From the human T2T-CHM13v2.0 reference genome, Homo sapiens: a DNA stretch of 64,000 nucleotides. Positions 27,649 to 46,499 of this stretch are shown piece by piece. The position numbers were made by a program, and so were the translations under genes. The DNA lies in the NCBI RefSeq assembly GCF_009914755.1, contig NC_060943.1; one strand, given 5' to 3'. The first letter of the stretch is position 1. Each line of letters starts with the position of its first letter. The notes under the pieces are model-generated. The model was given only the letters and a program-made list of their open reading frames with translations, made no database searches and was not told the origin of the DNA.

Positions 27649-27742
27649 TTAGAGGACAGTCCTAGAAATGTAGCCAGGTGGCTGGACGCGGTGGCTCATG
27701 CCTGTAATCCCAGCACTTTGGGAGGCCGAGGCAGGTGGGTCA

Positions 27743-27964
<222 letters not shown>

Positions 27965-28149
27965 TCAAAAAAAAGAAAAGAAAAAACACACACATTGGTG
28001 TCAGACGTGTTGCGAGTGGAAACCACTTCGTAATCTTTATCCCAAGTGAACTCTCCCCCTAAAACCTCTATTACAGGGAATGCTATGATGCCATGTGGTA
28101 GATCAGATGACCACTCTGAGGCTCTGGATCAGCCTCCTTCCCTGGCATC

Positions 28150-28954
<805 letters not shown>

Positions 28955-29899
28955 TGATCTCGAACTCCTGACCTCAGGTGATCCACCCACCTCGGCCTCC
29001 CTCCCAAAGTGCTGGAATTACAGACATGAGTTGCTGCATCGGCCAAGAGTGCCATTTCTTAGGACCACACCCGATGACTCACTCTTCAAATTTTTATTTG
29101 TTTTGTTGTTATTTTTTGTTTTGAGACAGAGTTTCGCTCAGTCACCCAGGCTGGAGTGCAGTGGCAATCTTGGCTCACTGCAACCTCCACCTCCCGGGTT
29201 CAAGCCATTCTCCTGCCTCAGCCTCTGGAGTAGCTGGGATTACAGGCGGCGCCACAACGCCTGATTAATTTTTTTGTATTTTTAATAGAGACGGGGTTTC
29301 ATCATGTTGGCCACGCTGGTCTTGAATTCCCGACCTCAGGTGATCTGCCTGCCTTGGCCTCCCAAAGTGCTAGGATTACAGAGGTGAGCCACCGTGACCG
29401 GCCTTCACTCTTCAAATATTTGCTTCCTGTTCCTGCTACCCTGAACCCTGCTGTTGAGGGGTTCTAGTGTCTACAAGGGAACCGCTGCCACCACGAGGAA
29501 TAACACAGTAAGTTGTGTAAGTGGAGACCACCTCTGGGCCGTTTGGGGTACCTTGAGTGTGTCACTATGGGGTTAGGCAGTGACTAATTTAGGCAGGAAG
29601 GGGAAAGATTTGCTGCTACACTTGGGGCCAAGGAGGCCTGTGAATAGAACCTAGAGGCGTCCCAGGGGAGTCTCCAACTAACACCATGTCCCGACTCCCT
29701 ATCTGTCCACAGCCCTCCCTCCTTGGACAAGGACAAGGCCTGATCTGGGTGCACTGAGACCTCCCTCCCCTATGCAGGGCCCAGAGTGACAAAGAGGGTC
29801 TGTGTCCCCTTCCCTTTGCAGAAGCACATCAAGCCCGCACACAGGCTCTACCTTCCTCTACCCAACCCCCTCTCCACTCCTGCAGACCCCCGCCTTCCT

Positions 29900-30196
29900 G
29901 CAGGTCCCCCTCCGGCCCCTCCCTGCTCCGTAGGGCACGTAGACCCGGATCCCCAGCTCCCGGACCCCTTCCGACTGCTCCCTTCGCCACTCGCGCGGCT
30001 TCCACTCCTGGACTCGGCCTCCACCCCTGGGCTTGGCCTCAAAGCCTCCTCAGTTGTCGGCCCTGGAAGGTGCCCAGCGGCGGCAGCGCCAGACGCGCCC
30101 CGTTAGCTCAGCGTCGCTGAGCATCCGCAGCCGCCACCAGGCCCCGCCCAGCGGCCGCAGCCAGCCAGGCCGCGCCCGGGACGACTGCAGAGCGCG
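29900..30196 (+). promoter_or_regulatory. MYADM: MYADM distal CpG-island promoter and non-coding first exon 1a (start approximate)
   Basis: CpG-rich, GC boxes, donor GCG|GTGAGT at 30196/30197. Confidence 0.7.
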
Positions 30197-30620
30197 GTGA
30201 GTGAACGCGGCCAGAGGGAGGGACTCAGGCGTCCCAGGTCCCCGCCCTGCCCCTCCCCGGGGGCCCGACATCCCGACCCTCAGCTCCCTCTTTTTCTTTT
30301 GGCTCCGGCAGTCCGTTTTAGGGCCGCAGAGCCGCCTTTTAAAAACACACCCTGCATCCCTTCCCTGCCCTGGGGCTTCGGGCCCACCAGCCCCTTGGAT
30401 CCCTTCCCCTCTTGCAGGATCCGTGAATCCAGAGCCCCAAGCCCCAGCCCCAGCCCCAGCCCCATCCTCATTAAAATTCTGAGTCCCTCCCTCCATCCAG
30501 GAGTCAGGAATGTAGGCCAAAAATATCGCTGCCTTCCAGACCCAGGCGGCTAGGCTTGCAACACCTGCTCGGAAAACCCGAGTCTGAGCTTTAATGGTTC
30601 TATTATGATGATCATGATGA

Positions 30621-30749
<129 letters not shown>

Positions 30750-31299
30750 TGATTGTTCTTTTGAGCCAAGAATCTGGGCCTCAGCCTAGGCATCCTGTGG
30801 AGCCCAGGAATCCGGGCCCCCAACTGCTACCGCGCTAGCTCCCAGGAATTTTGCCCCCAACACACCCCACCCCTATCCACTGTGATATCTGAGACCTGCG
30901 TCCAGCCCGAGTCCCTTACCCTGCGGCGCCCGGTGCCAGTGGGTACTAGGGGAGCATTTTGCCGCCCCTTCAAGTCCTTAAATACAGGAATCTAGCCTCT
31001 GTTTCTTGGGGAGACCCATCAGTCAGGGATCGTAGCCCAGAACCACCTAAAGCCCAGGAATACTGCTCTCAATTCTGCTCTCCCTCAGGGCTCCAAGAGA
31101 CAGAGATCCTAGCCCCCCCATTGAACTGAGGGGCCTGGTCCCCCAATCCGCTGCGACCCAGGTGTCTAAGGTTTCATCCGGCAAGGAAGGGGTGGGGGCG
31201 GAACAGACCAGGAAGGAGGGGGTAGGAAGGGAGCGGAAGAAAGGAGTGAGGTGAGACGGGGGCGGGGACCTGAGCTGGGGGGCTCTGCACTAAACAAAC

Positions 31300-31728
31300 C
31301 CTAAACATGCGGGGTTTCTATGGTAACGGTCTTCCCTGGCCTACCCGGGAGACTCCTCTAGGGCTGTGTCGAGGAGGGCAGCCCCCAGGAGTCTCCACGC
31401 CGCCAGCTGTTGTGTCTTCCTGTTTTGTCACCACGGCAACCGTGACCTCAGCCCTCCACCCTGCTCACTGGGGTGGGGCGGGAGCTCCACGCTACTTTTA
31501 CTCTGGGGGGCGTGGTCTGCTCTTGGCCCCGCCTCGGGGCGGGGCTGGGATAGCCCAGACTCGGGGAAGTCCCTGTCCACCGCCCTAGCCGGAGCTGCGC
31601 CCCGCCCCGGCCCCGCCCCCGTCCCGCCCGCGCTGGCTCCCCAGCCCTCCAACCCCACCCAGCCCTCAGACCCTTCCAGCTGCCGCTGTCGTCTTTGCTT
31701 CAGCCGCAGTCGCCACTGGCTGCCTGAG
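31300..31728 (+). promoter_or_regulatory. MYADM: MYADM promoter and non-coding exon 1b with two RFX X-boxes and GC boxes
   Basis: GTTTCTATGGTAAC 31314-31327; GTCACCACGGCAAC 31427-31440; several GGGGCGGGG/CCCCGCCCC; donor GAG|GTGAGG at 31728/31729. Confidence 0.7.
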
Positions 31729-31921
31729 GTGAGGTTGTGGGGACCCCAGAGGGCATAAGCAACAGTCTAGGGTCTTTATGGCCAGAGGGAGGAATGGGCT
31801 GGGTCTCAGAATGTCTGGGTCCCTAGAAAGACTGGGGCTGGGCCAGGATTCTTGGGGTTCTGCAGAGGAGAGGGCTGAGGACCTGGACTGTGGAGGTCAT
31901 ACGTCTGGAAGAGTGGGGAAG

Positions 31922-32110
31922 GGGACCTGGACTCCGGGGTCTGAGGGAGGAGGGGCTGGGGGTCTGGACTCCCGGGTCCGAGGCAGGAGGGGCTGGGGGG
32001 TCTGGACTCCTGGGTCCGAGGGAGGAGGGGCTGAGGGCCTGGACTCCTGGGTCTGAGGGAGGAGGAGCTGGGCCTGGACTCCTGAGTCTGAGGGAGGAGG
32101 GGCTGGGTCT
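31922..32110 (+). repeat. MSR1-type 36-37 bp minisatellite, ~5 copies
   Basis: Unit (C)TGGACTCCTGGGTCTGAGGGAGGAGGGGCTGGGGG. Confidence 0.9.
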
Positions 32111-33208
32111 GCGGGAGTAGAGAGATGGGGACTCGTAGGTGCCCTAGTTGGAGGCTGGAATCTGGTACGTGGAGGTCCTTTAGGAGGGGAAGCGCTTAGG
32201 GTTAGGTGTCCTGGGTTTGGGAATGAGAATGGAAGGAATTCAGAATTACTGACCCCTCCCCATCCAGGGGACAGACAGAATCGGAACTTTGGGCTCCTGA
32301 AAGGCCGAGGGAGGGGGGTGTTAAGATCCAGCCCCGTGCTTCCGAAGTGCAGAAGGAGCTGGGAAAGGAGGAGAAGACAGGGCTGCGTCCCGCACCTCTG
32401 GGTGCCGAGAGCCGAAGCTGGGGTTCCGGGGCCCGATTCTCAGCGTGAGCGATGGGTGTGGCGTCTGGAGTGGACGAGGGAGGACACTGAGGGGCTGGGT
32501 GTGGCCCGGAGAGTCGGGTGCGCTGCGAGGAATCCCGGAGGGGTGTTTCCTCACCCTCCAGGGTCTGGCTGCGCATTCCTGAGCTCTGATCTCGGGCGAT
32601 GGCTGGAGGCCCTAAGGGCGGGGTGGACCCCTCCCCTCCCCTCCCCTCCCCTCGGCGCGCCCCCCTCCCCTGCGCGCCCCCCTCCGCGGCTAGCCCACCT
32701 TCCGCGGGGGACAGAATGAGTGACGCCCTCGCTCGTCCTCCTCCCCTGCTTGGGACGGGGCAGTAGCCCGCCTTCTAGAGCACGGGACGCTGGGCCAGTC
32801 CCGATTTCCTTCTCCTTCGAGGGTCCTGGAGGGGCGTGGGGGCAGGCAGTGTCTGGCTCCGGGTGGAGCCTCCCAGGTGCTCCCGCAAGCCCCGAATGGC
32901 GATCAGGGAGGCCGTGGGAGGCGTAGCTGGGCCTCGGGCCTGACGCCAGCACCGCGTGCAGTTTCCGGCCTGGAGCCTGAGCCCCTCAGAGGCCCGGGTC
33001 CCTGCCCACTCCGGTCTTAGAGATGCTCTTGGGGGGGCTCTCAGCCCATGTTTATAGGGATCCAGAAATGCAGGCCTCCAACCCTGAGAGTCGGGGTCCC
33101 CACCCCCCGGAAATCCGGGAGAGGGCGGGCAGCCCCGGAGGCGGGCGGGGGTCCGGGCACCGCCTCCTGGTCCCTGACACATTCCAGATGCCTGGGCCGA
33201 CTCGAAGC

Positions 33209-33218
33209 CCTTATAAGG
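33209..33218. promoter_or_regulatory. Perfect palindromic CArG box (SRF site) in the proximal MYADM CpG island
   Basis: CCTTATAAGG = CC(A/T)6GG; also contains TATAA. Confidence 0.75.
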
Positions 33219-33543
33219 CGCGGAGACACCGGCTCTGGCTGGGCCGCCCGCCTCCACAGCCGCCGCCCAGGGTTCTCCCGCCACTGCCGCCCGCACCCCC
33301 GCCCCCGCGGGGTTAAGATCACACACGCGCCCACGCCGGCCCGCGGGGCGTGCACTTTCGCTGGGTTCCGTCCGCCGCAGCCCAAACAGTTAACTGAACG
33401 GGGAGGGGAGGGGGCGGGGCTTACCCGGGGTCACCGCCAGGGCCCTGCTGGGTTCCACGCCACGTTCCTGTCTCCGCAGGGCGTTCGATCCCTAGAGGGA
33501 GGAGCCTGTCCAAACGGACGCTAACGGCCTACCTCCCCCTCAG

Positions 33544-33628
33544 GTGCTCTTACAGCCTGTTCCAAGTGTGGCTTAATCCGTCTCCACCACCAGATCTTTC
33601 TCCGTGGATTCCTCTGCTAAGACCGCTG
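33544..33628 (+). other. MYADM: MYADM non-coding exon 2 (possible alternative acceptors ending 33479 and 33593)
   Basis: CCTCCCCCTCAG|GTGCTC...CCGCTG|GTGAGT; no ATG. Confidence 0.8.
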
Positions 33629-33641
33629 GTGAGTAGGCAGC

Positions 33642-34185
33642 GGGCCTGGACTCCGGGGTCCGAGGGAGGAGGGGCTGGGGGCCTGGACTCCGGGGTCCGA
33701 GGGAGGAGGGGCTGGGGGCCTGGGCTCCTCGGTCCGAGGGAGGAGGGGCTGGGGGCCTGGGCTCCTGGGTCCGAGGGAGGAGGGGCTGGGGGCCTGGGCT
33801 CCTGGGTCCGAGGGAGGAGGGGCTGGGGGTCTGGACTCCGGGGTCCGAGGGAGGAGGGGCTGGGGTCTGGACTCCTGGGTCCGAGGAAGGAGGGGCTGGG
33901 GGCCTGGGCTCCTGGGTCCGAGGGAGGAGGGGCTGGGGTCTGGACTCCTGGGTCCGAGGGAGGAGGGGCTGGGGTCTGGACTCCTGGGTCCGAGGGAGGA
34001 GGGGCTGGGGGCCTGGACTCCGGGGTCCGAGGGAGGAGGGGCTGGGGGCCTGGACTCCGGGGTCCGAGGGAGGAGGGGCTGGGGTCTGGACTCCTGGGTC
34101 CGAGGGAGGAGGGGCTGGGGGCCTGGGCTCCTGGGTCTGAGGGAGGAGGGGCTGGGGTCTGGACTCGTGGGTCTGAAGGAGGAAG
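33642..34185 (+). repeat. MSR1-type 36-37 bp minisatellite (VNTR), ~14.5 copies
   Basis: 14 counted GAGGGAGGAGGGGCTG-type cores plus one partial unit. Confidence 0.95.
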
Positions 34186-34560
34186 GATTAGGTCCTGGGC
34201 TCCTAGATCCTGGGAGAAGGACCAGGAAGCTTGGGCTCCAAGGAATAGGGTCCCAGACACTGAGGTATCTGAGGAAGAAGCGAGTCCAGGCCCTGGCTCC
34301 TTTGTCTCAGGGAGCTGCTGTCCTGCGACTGCCGCGAAGAGGTTAAGGCCTGTGCTACTGCCCTGCAAAGTGCCTGAAGCTGAAAGGAGGAAGTTACTTT
34401 CCTGTGGCTAGGAGAGGCCTTGGGTTTAGTCCTGTGGCTGCGTTGAGACAGTTTACAGCCTAAGGAAAGAACTGGGCACCTGGTTTCTAAGAGGATGGGC
34501 ACTTGATTCCTGGGGGCCATTAGGACAAGGAGGTGGAAGCTGTAGGTTTTGCAAGGACTA

Positions 34561-37142
<2,582 letters not shown>

Positions 37143-37239
37143 TCATATTAATTTGTCCCTGGGGTAGGCAATGGCTAAGGGACCTGGATTCTTATGTTTG
37201 TGACTGTATAAGGACACTGTCTTTCCCCTTTTTGCAGCC

Positions 37240-39023
<1,784 letters not shown>

Positions 39024-39275
39024 TAAAAAACATATATATATATATATTTGGAGGTCAGTAATTTCCAATGGGCGGGAGGCTTTAAGCACCGACCCTGGGT
39101 CCCTAGGCCCCGCCTGGCACTCAGCCTTGCCAGAGATTGGCTCCAGAATTTTTGCCAGGCTTACAGAACACCCACTGCCTAGAGGCCATCTTAAAGGAAG
39201 CAGGGGCTGGATGCCTTTCATCCCAACTATTCTCTGTGGTATCAAAAAGAAAAAAAAAAAAAAAGAAGGAGTCGG

Positions 39276-39568
39276 GGCCGGGCGTGGTGGCTCACGCCTG
39301 TAATCCCAGCACTTTGGGAGACCAAGTCAGGCAATCATCTGAAGTCAGGAGTTCAAGACCAGCCTGGCCAACATGGTGAAAGCATGTCTCTATTAAAAAT
39401 ACAAAAATTAGCCGGGCGTGGTGGCGGGCGCCTGTAATCCCAGGTATTTGGGGGGACTGAGACAGGAGAATCCCTTCAACCCGGGAGGTGGAGGTTGCAG
39501 TAAGTCAAGATGGCACCACTGTGCTCCAGCCTGGGGGACAGAGCGAGACTCCATCTCAAAAAAAAAAA
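39276..39568 (+). mobile_element. AluS in the MYADM 3' UTR
   Basis: Full dimer; imperfect TSD AAGGAGTCGG/AAGGAATCGG. Confidence 0.93.
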
Positions 39569-40125
39569 GGAATCGGACGAAGAACCACAGGATGTTGAAG
39601 ACAACTGTCTGAAGTATTTGTGAGGGACAGCGATGTGGCCCTCTGTGTTAAGAATAACGTGTCCTGCTTTGGCAGAGAGAAGAAAATAGCCACTGCCCGC
39701 TTTCAAGGCAAGATCGACCTTTTCTGTTTTGTTTTGTTTTTCTTTCTTTTTCCTGGCCATGAGGACAAAAATTACTGAGTGGCCCTTAAAGAGGGAAGTT
39801 TGTTTTCAGCTGTTCTCTTTTGCCCGTAGGTGGGAGGGTGGGGATTGCTGCGTCCTAGCTAGAGGAATGGCTTTGCTTGAATGTGTAGTGCACACGCACG
39901 GGTGTTTCTGTGTGCTAGTTGCTTCTTGCTGCTGCTTCCTGCTTGTCTGGGACTCACATACATAACGTGATATATATATATATATATATAAATGTATAAA
40001 TATATATTTTATTTTTTTTTAAATCCCTGGAGCTTCTGGTTCCTATCAGTTCCTGTTGTTAATCGTAGAACCGTTGTCCCTTCCCCCATTCCCGTATCCA
40101 TCATGTTCTTTTTCTTTTAAATATC

Positions 40126-40160
40126 AATATAAAGGTAAAAGAAGGACTTGTGCTTTCTTA
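40126..40160 (+). terminator. Probable MYADM polyadenylation region with variant signals
   Basis: Overlapping AATATA 40126-40131 and TATAAA 40128-40133, U-rich upstream, downstream TTGTGCTTTCTT. Confidence 0.55.
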
Positions 40161-41020
40161 ATGAGGAGGGCGGCCGAGCACGGCGGGCGGATCACTTGAG
40201 GTCAGGAGTTTGAGACCAGCCTGGCCAACATGGTGAAACCCCGTCTCTACAAAAAAATAAAAAAGAAAAGCGGGGGAGGACTCTCGGAGAGGGGCAAGGG
40301 CCAGATTCTTGGGTCTAGTGGGAGAATAGGGTTGGTGCCAAGACAACCTTGGCCTCATCAGAAGATACTAGCTGGATCTAGGTCTTCTAAATGACTTCCT
40401 CAAACCAGGAGGGCTGGGTGGGATAGAAATGAACTAGACTTCTCCCTCCTTGGAGTCTGTCCCCTGAGCACCTCACAAATACAACGTCCTAATTTGAGTG
40501 AAGGAGCTTTCCTCCCCAGTCACCTCGTCCTCCCAGGTCCCCCCATTTCAGTAATAGCCTCTCAGAGCTGAGAACCCAAGCACATGGTGGTACCTTCCCC
40601 CCGTCTACTCAAGTCAGTCCCTCATCAAACACTGTCTATTCTTCCCCCTAAATACCATTTCTACCGCCCTCTTCTCCAGGTTCCTGGTCCAGCTCAAGTT
40701 CCATTTTGTTTCACCTGAGCTATTGCCCCAGCCTCCTTCTCCTCCATCCCACCCTGGCTCCAGAGGGATTCTTTCATCATGCAGATCTGATCCTGCCCTT
40801 CCCTGCTGAAGTCCTTCCGTAGCCCATTGCCTATAGGCACTATCAAAGCCCCTGGGTCTGGCCTTCATGATCTGATCCCGCCTCCATTCCCACTATCAGC
40901 TCCCTCCTTACCCTCCAATCTAAGCCTCTGAATATACCTGGTCAACAGAAGACCTTCATAAAGATCAAATGAGCTACTGCAACCAATCTCTGTCCCACAG
41001 AAGGCCATCTTGTCCATTTC

Positions 41021-41980
41021 TGTAGGCTCCAACCCTATGGGGCTTAGCAGGTGTTCTCCCCATGTGCAGAGATGAGAGATTGTAATAAATAAAGGCACAA
41101 GACAAAAATAAAGAGAAAGCAGCTGGGCCCAGGGGACCACTATCATCAAGACGCAGAGACCGGTAGTGGCCCATAACGGCTGGGCTCGCTGATATTTATT
41201 GCATACAAGACAAGGGGGCAGAGTAAAGAGGGTGAATCTTCGAAGTGATTGACAAGGTGAAGCAAGTCACGTGATCACGGGACAGGGTGCCCTTCCCTCT
41301 TAGGTAGCCGAAGCAGAGACAGAAGGCAGCATACGTCAGTGTTTTCTTCTATGCACTTCTAAGATCAAAGACTTTAAGACTTTCACTATTTCTTCTACCG
41401 CTATCTACTATGAACTTCAAAGAGGAACCAGGAGTATGGGAGGAGAATGAAAGTGAAGGAGGAGTGTAAGCATTGAAGCACAGCACCACAGGGAGGGGTT
41501 TAGGCCTCGGGATGACTGCGGGCAGGCCTGGATAATATCCAGCCTTCCACAAGAAGCTGGTGGAGCAGAGTGTTCCCTGACTCCTCCAAGGAAAGGAGAC
41601 TCCCTTTCGTGGTCTGCTAAGTAACGGGTGCCTTCCCAGACACTGGCGTTACCACTTGACCAAGGACCCCTCAAGCGGCCCTGATGTGCGCGTGACAGAG
41701 GGCTCACCTCTTGCCTTCTAGGTCACTTCTCACCATGTCCCTTCAGCACCTGACCCTATACCTGCCGGTTATTCCTAGCTTACATTAGTAATGCAGCAAA
41801 GAGTAATATTAAAAGCTAATGATTAATAATGTTTATAATAATGATTGATAATTGTCCATGATCATCTCTACATCTAATTTGTATTATGACTATTCTTATT
41901 CTAACTATTTTGTTTATTATACTGAAACAGTTTGTGCCTTCAGTCTCTTGCCTGGGCACCTAGGTAATCCTCCGCCTACA
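41021..41980 (-). mobile_element. Solo LTR13 (ERVK/HML-4 class)
   Basis: Reverse strand starts TGTAGGCGGAGGATTACCTAGGTGCCCAGGCAAGAGACTGAAGGCACAAACTG; 960 bp; TG...CA ends; TSD CATTTC/TATTTC. Confidence 0.88.
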
Positions 41981-42329
41981 TATTTCCCGGACCTCAGGAG
42001 AATCACAAATACACAAATAAATATAAGCCCTACAAAATTCCCAGATCAGGCCCGGCGGGTGGCTCACGTCTGTAATCCCAGCACTTTGGGAGGCTGAGGC
42101 GGGTGGATCACGAGGTTAGGAGATCGAGACCATCCTGGCCAACATGGTGAAACCCCGTCTTTACTAAAAATACAAAAATTAGCCGGGCGTGGTGGAGGGC
42201 ACCTGTAGTTCCAGCTACTCATGAGGCTGAGGCAGGAGAATCGCTTGAACCTGGGAGGCGGAGGTTGTAGTGAGCCGAGATCGCGCCACACTGCACTCCA
42301 GCCTGGGAGACAGAGCGGGACTCCGTCTG

Positions 42330-42397
<68 letters not shown>
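42330..42397. repeat. A~29(TA)~19 compound microsatellite in an Alu tail
   Basis: Direct reading. Confidence 0.93.
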
Positions 42398-42399
<2 letters not shown>

Positions 42400-42889
42400 C
42401 ATGATCAGCCGGCGCGGAGGCTCACGCCTGTAGTCCCAACACTGGGAGGACAAGGCGGGAGGATCGCTTAAGCCCAGGAGTTCAAGACCAGCCTGGGCAA
42501 CACAGCAAGACCTCGTCTCTATTTAAAAAAAAGTTTTAAAGAAAATTCGATGATCACAGAACCCGCTATCTGCATCTACATCCGCAAAAGCAATTGGGGA
42601 GAGATACCGCAAGGGAGGGAAGGGTTCCCCTGGAAGGGGAGAAGGAAAGGCCAGCTGGGGCACACACTGTCGTTGGATGAGGAAAGGCCTCCTTTTCATT
42701 TCTGCAGCGTCCACTCTTGAGCTCCAACCCACTCCATCGCTGTCTTCTTAAAGGACGCCTCGCCCACCCTTCTCTCCCATCCCATGCCTGAATCCCTTCT
42801 GGAAGGCATCCGAAAGAACAGCTATAGAACTCTGGGGTGATACGTTGGTTAACTCGGGAAAGAACTCAAGGACACTGGACTAGAACGTG

Positions 42890-43450
42890 GTGGGATTCCT
42901 AGGTCGGTTTCGGGGCCATCCCCGCCGCCTATCCTTCGCCCTAGGTCACCTGGAGGTGGCTGGAAGGCCAGTGGACTCCACATTTAGGGAGAGTGGTTAC
43001 AAGAGGACTCGGATTCCCCCACCTTCCCTTCGGCTTTGGGAATCCCAGGAAACCCGCCCCGAACCCCTGAAAAGTCCCAGAGAAGGTAAGCTGGGCGTCC
43101 AGAGTCCCTCCCAGGCGCCGCCGCAGCGTCCCGCCCAGCCTCGCGGGGCACGCCGGGAGGCGGAGTTCTCGGTCGTGTCCCGAGAGTGGCTGGTCCGCAG
43201 GCTCGGACTACCAGTCCCAGAATGCACTGCGCCCGCAGCCCGGGGCGGGCCGTGGTTGCCCCTGGCAACAGAGAGGGTCTCCCGGGAGCGGGGACTGGGA
43301 AGCGCTCCCGAGCCGGGGAGGCGCAGAGCCCGACCAGAGAGAGGCGGGGACGCGGGTAGAGCGACCAAGAGGTGTGGAGGCCGGAAGAGACTGACCGCGC
43401 CGGCCCTTGGAGAGACCCCTTTCCTGAGAGGGGGCGCACAGAGAGGATGC
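42890..43450. promoter_or_regulatory. CpG island ~3 kb upstream of the PRKCG ATG (candidate distal or bidirectional promoter)
   Basis: ZNF143-type ACTACCAGTCCCAGAATGCAC 43207-43227; GC box; X-box GTTGCCCCTGGCAAC 43255-43269; donor AAG|GTAAGC at 43085/43086. Confidence 0.65.
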
Positions 43451-43464
43451 CGAAGCCAGCGAGA

Positions 43465-45490
43465 TCTAGAGAGAGGGAGACAGGGATTGAATCACAGAGA
43501 CACTTAGAGGGAGGGAGAGACCTCAAAGACAGAGAGATTCACAGGGCCAGAGAGACACGTAGAGTGGGTCAGAGAAGAGGACAGAGGACAGAGACATAGA
43601 AAAGACAGGAGGGAGAGAGACTGAATCACAGAGACACAGGGAGAGAGGGAGAGACCTCAGAGATGGAGAGAGACTCACAGGGCCAGATAGACACATGGAG
43701 TGGGTCAGAGAAGGGGACAGAGAGAGAGACACAGAAAAGGGAAGAGGGAGAGAGACTGAATCACAGAGACACAGAGAGGGAAGTCTCTATCTAGAGACCC
43801 TCGACAGAGATTCCTAGAGCCAGAGACAGAGATTCAGAGAGCCAGAGACACAGAGAGATTCATAGAGACATATAGAGAGATTCAGAGAGCCTGAATCACA
43901 GAGATTCACAGAGCCAACGAGACAAACAGAGAGATTCATAGAGCCAGAGACACAGATTCGGAGAGTCAGAGAGACATAGAAAGATTCATAGAGCCAGAGA
44001 CACAGAGATTCAGAGAGTCAGAGAGACATAGAGAGACATTCATAGAGCCAGAGACACAGAGAGATTCATAGACATATAGAGAGATTCAGAGAGCCTGAAT
44101 CACAGAGATTCACAGAGCCAAAGAGACAAACAGAGAGATTCATAGAGCCAGAGACACAGAGGGATTCGGAGAGTCAGAGAGACATAGAAAGAGATTCATA
44201 GAGCCAGAGACACAGAGATTCATAGAGACATAGAGATTCATAGAGCCAGAGACACAGAGATTCAGAGAGTCAGAGAGACATAGAAAGACATTCATAGAGC
44301 CAGAGACACAGAGAGATTCAGAGTCAGAGAAACATAGAGATTCATAGAGCCAGAGACACAGAGAGATTCAGAGTCAGAGAGACATAGAGAGACATTCATA
44401 GAGCCGGAGACACAGAGAGATTCAGAGTCAGAGAGACATAGATTTATAGAGCCAGAGACACAGATTCAGGGAGTCAGAGAGACATAGAGAGACATTCATA
44501 GAGCCGGAGACACAGATTCAGAGTCAGAGAGACATAGACATTCATAGAGCCAGAGACACAGATTCAGAGAGTCAGAGAGATGAATAGATTCAGAGAGCCA
44601 GAGACACAGGGAGAGTGAATCACAGACACAGAGGGACGGGGAGATCCCCAGAAACAGAAAGAGATTCATAGAGCCAGAGAGACAAATAGAGATTGGGTCA
44701 GAGAGAAAGGGACAGAGACAGAGACAGAGAAGAGAAGAGGGAGAGAGATTGGGTCAGAGAGAAAGGGACAGAGACAGAGAAGAGAAGAGGGAGAGAGAGA
44801 CTGAGTCATAGACAGGAGAGAGACCCCCCTAGCATCAGAGAGAGAGAGAGAGATCAACAGAGCCAGAGAGGGACAAGTACAGAGAAACAGATGGAACCAG
44901 AGAGATATAGGAAGAGACAAACAAAAACAGAGACGGAGTTGCAGAACCGGAGGAAGGGAGAGAGACAGAGACAAAGGCATTTATAAAGACGGGTGGAGGT
45001 GAGGAGAGAGAGGGAGAGACAGGGGCAAGCATTTAGAGAGTGACTCCCAGAGAGGAAGACAGAGACGGACTCCCAAAGAGATCAAGTTGCAGAGGGAGGG
45101 GGAGACAGAGTCACAGCCTGAGAGAGAATAGAGATTCACAGAGCCAGAGAGACAAAGACAGGGAAAGAAACAAACTCAGGGAGACAGAGGCGGAAGAATT
45201 TATCAGACGTAGAGGGAGAGACAGAGGGAGACTGATTCACAGTGAGGCAGACCAAGACCCCGAGAAGAACCACGACACCAAGACCCAGAGATGGCGACAG
45301 ATACAGATGGAGACACACAGCAGAGGAAATAGAGAAATAGAAAGAAATAGAAACAGCATTTCTCGGAGACAGGGAAAAGAAAACAGATCCACTGAGAGGC
45401 AGAAACAGAGACACATCGAGAAAGCTCGCTCCAGGAATAGAGGGAGAGGGACAGAGGTCACAAGAAAGACACACGCAGGCAGAGAGCTAC
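43465..45490 (+). repeat. GA-rich complex tandem array (core 43800-44680)
   Basis: Alternating ~24-28 bp subunits GATTCATAGAGCCAGAGACACAGA and GATTCAGAGAGTCAGAGAGACATAGA. Confidence 0.93.
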
Positions 45491-45699
45491 ACAAATAATG
45501 GAGAGGCCAGGGGAGGAAATAAAGACTCAGCCGGCATCGGAGAAAGTGAGAACCTTAGCGCCCTGCCTGTCCACTGCTGGACCCCTAGCGTGGAGCATAA
45601 AGTTTGTTGAAGGAAGGAGAGGGGCAGGGTCAGACACAGGGACCCCAGGGCGCCCACAGGACACACGAGGCACCCTAGTGGGGGAGGAACGCGGGGCAG

Positions 45700-46370
<671 letters not shown>

Positions 46371-46499
46371 TGAGGGAAGGGGGCTGGGGGACTGGGGGAC
46401 GAGGGGACTAGGGGTGCAGACTCCTATCACGCCGACCCCTGTGGAAGGAAGAAGGAGGGGGCTGTAGTCCCGACTCCCAGGTTCTAGGATGGCCAGGGA

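Noticed and set aside
31922-34185. 36-37 bp repeats resembling a CRISPR array
   Set aside because: Head-to-tail units without unique spacers, no cas genes, human DNA
33550-34411. 272 aa and 281 aa Pro/Gly-rich ORFs on both strands
   Set aside because: Stop-poor MSR1 minisatellite; periodic peptide, intronic, no coding context
39244-39264. A-rich tract as a MYADM poly(A) site
   Set aside because: Genomic A-run with no hexamer signal; a likely oligo-dT internal-priming artefact
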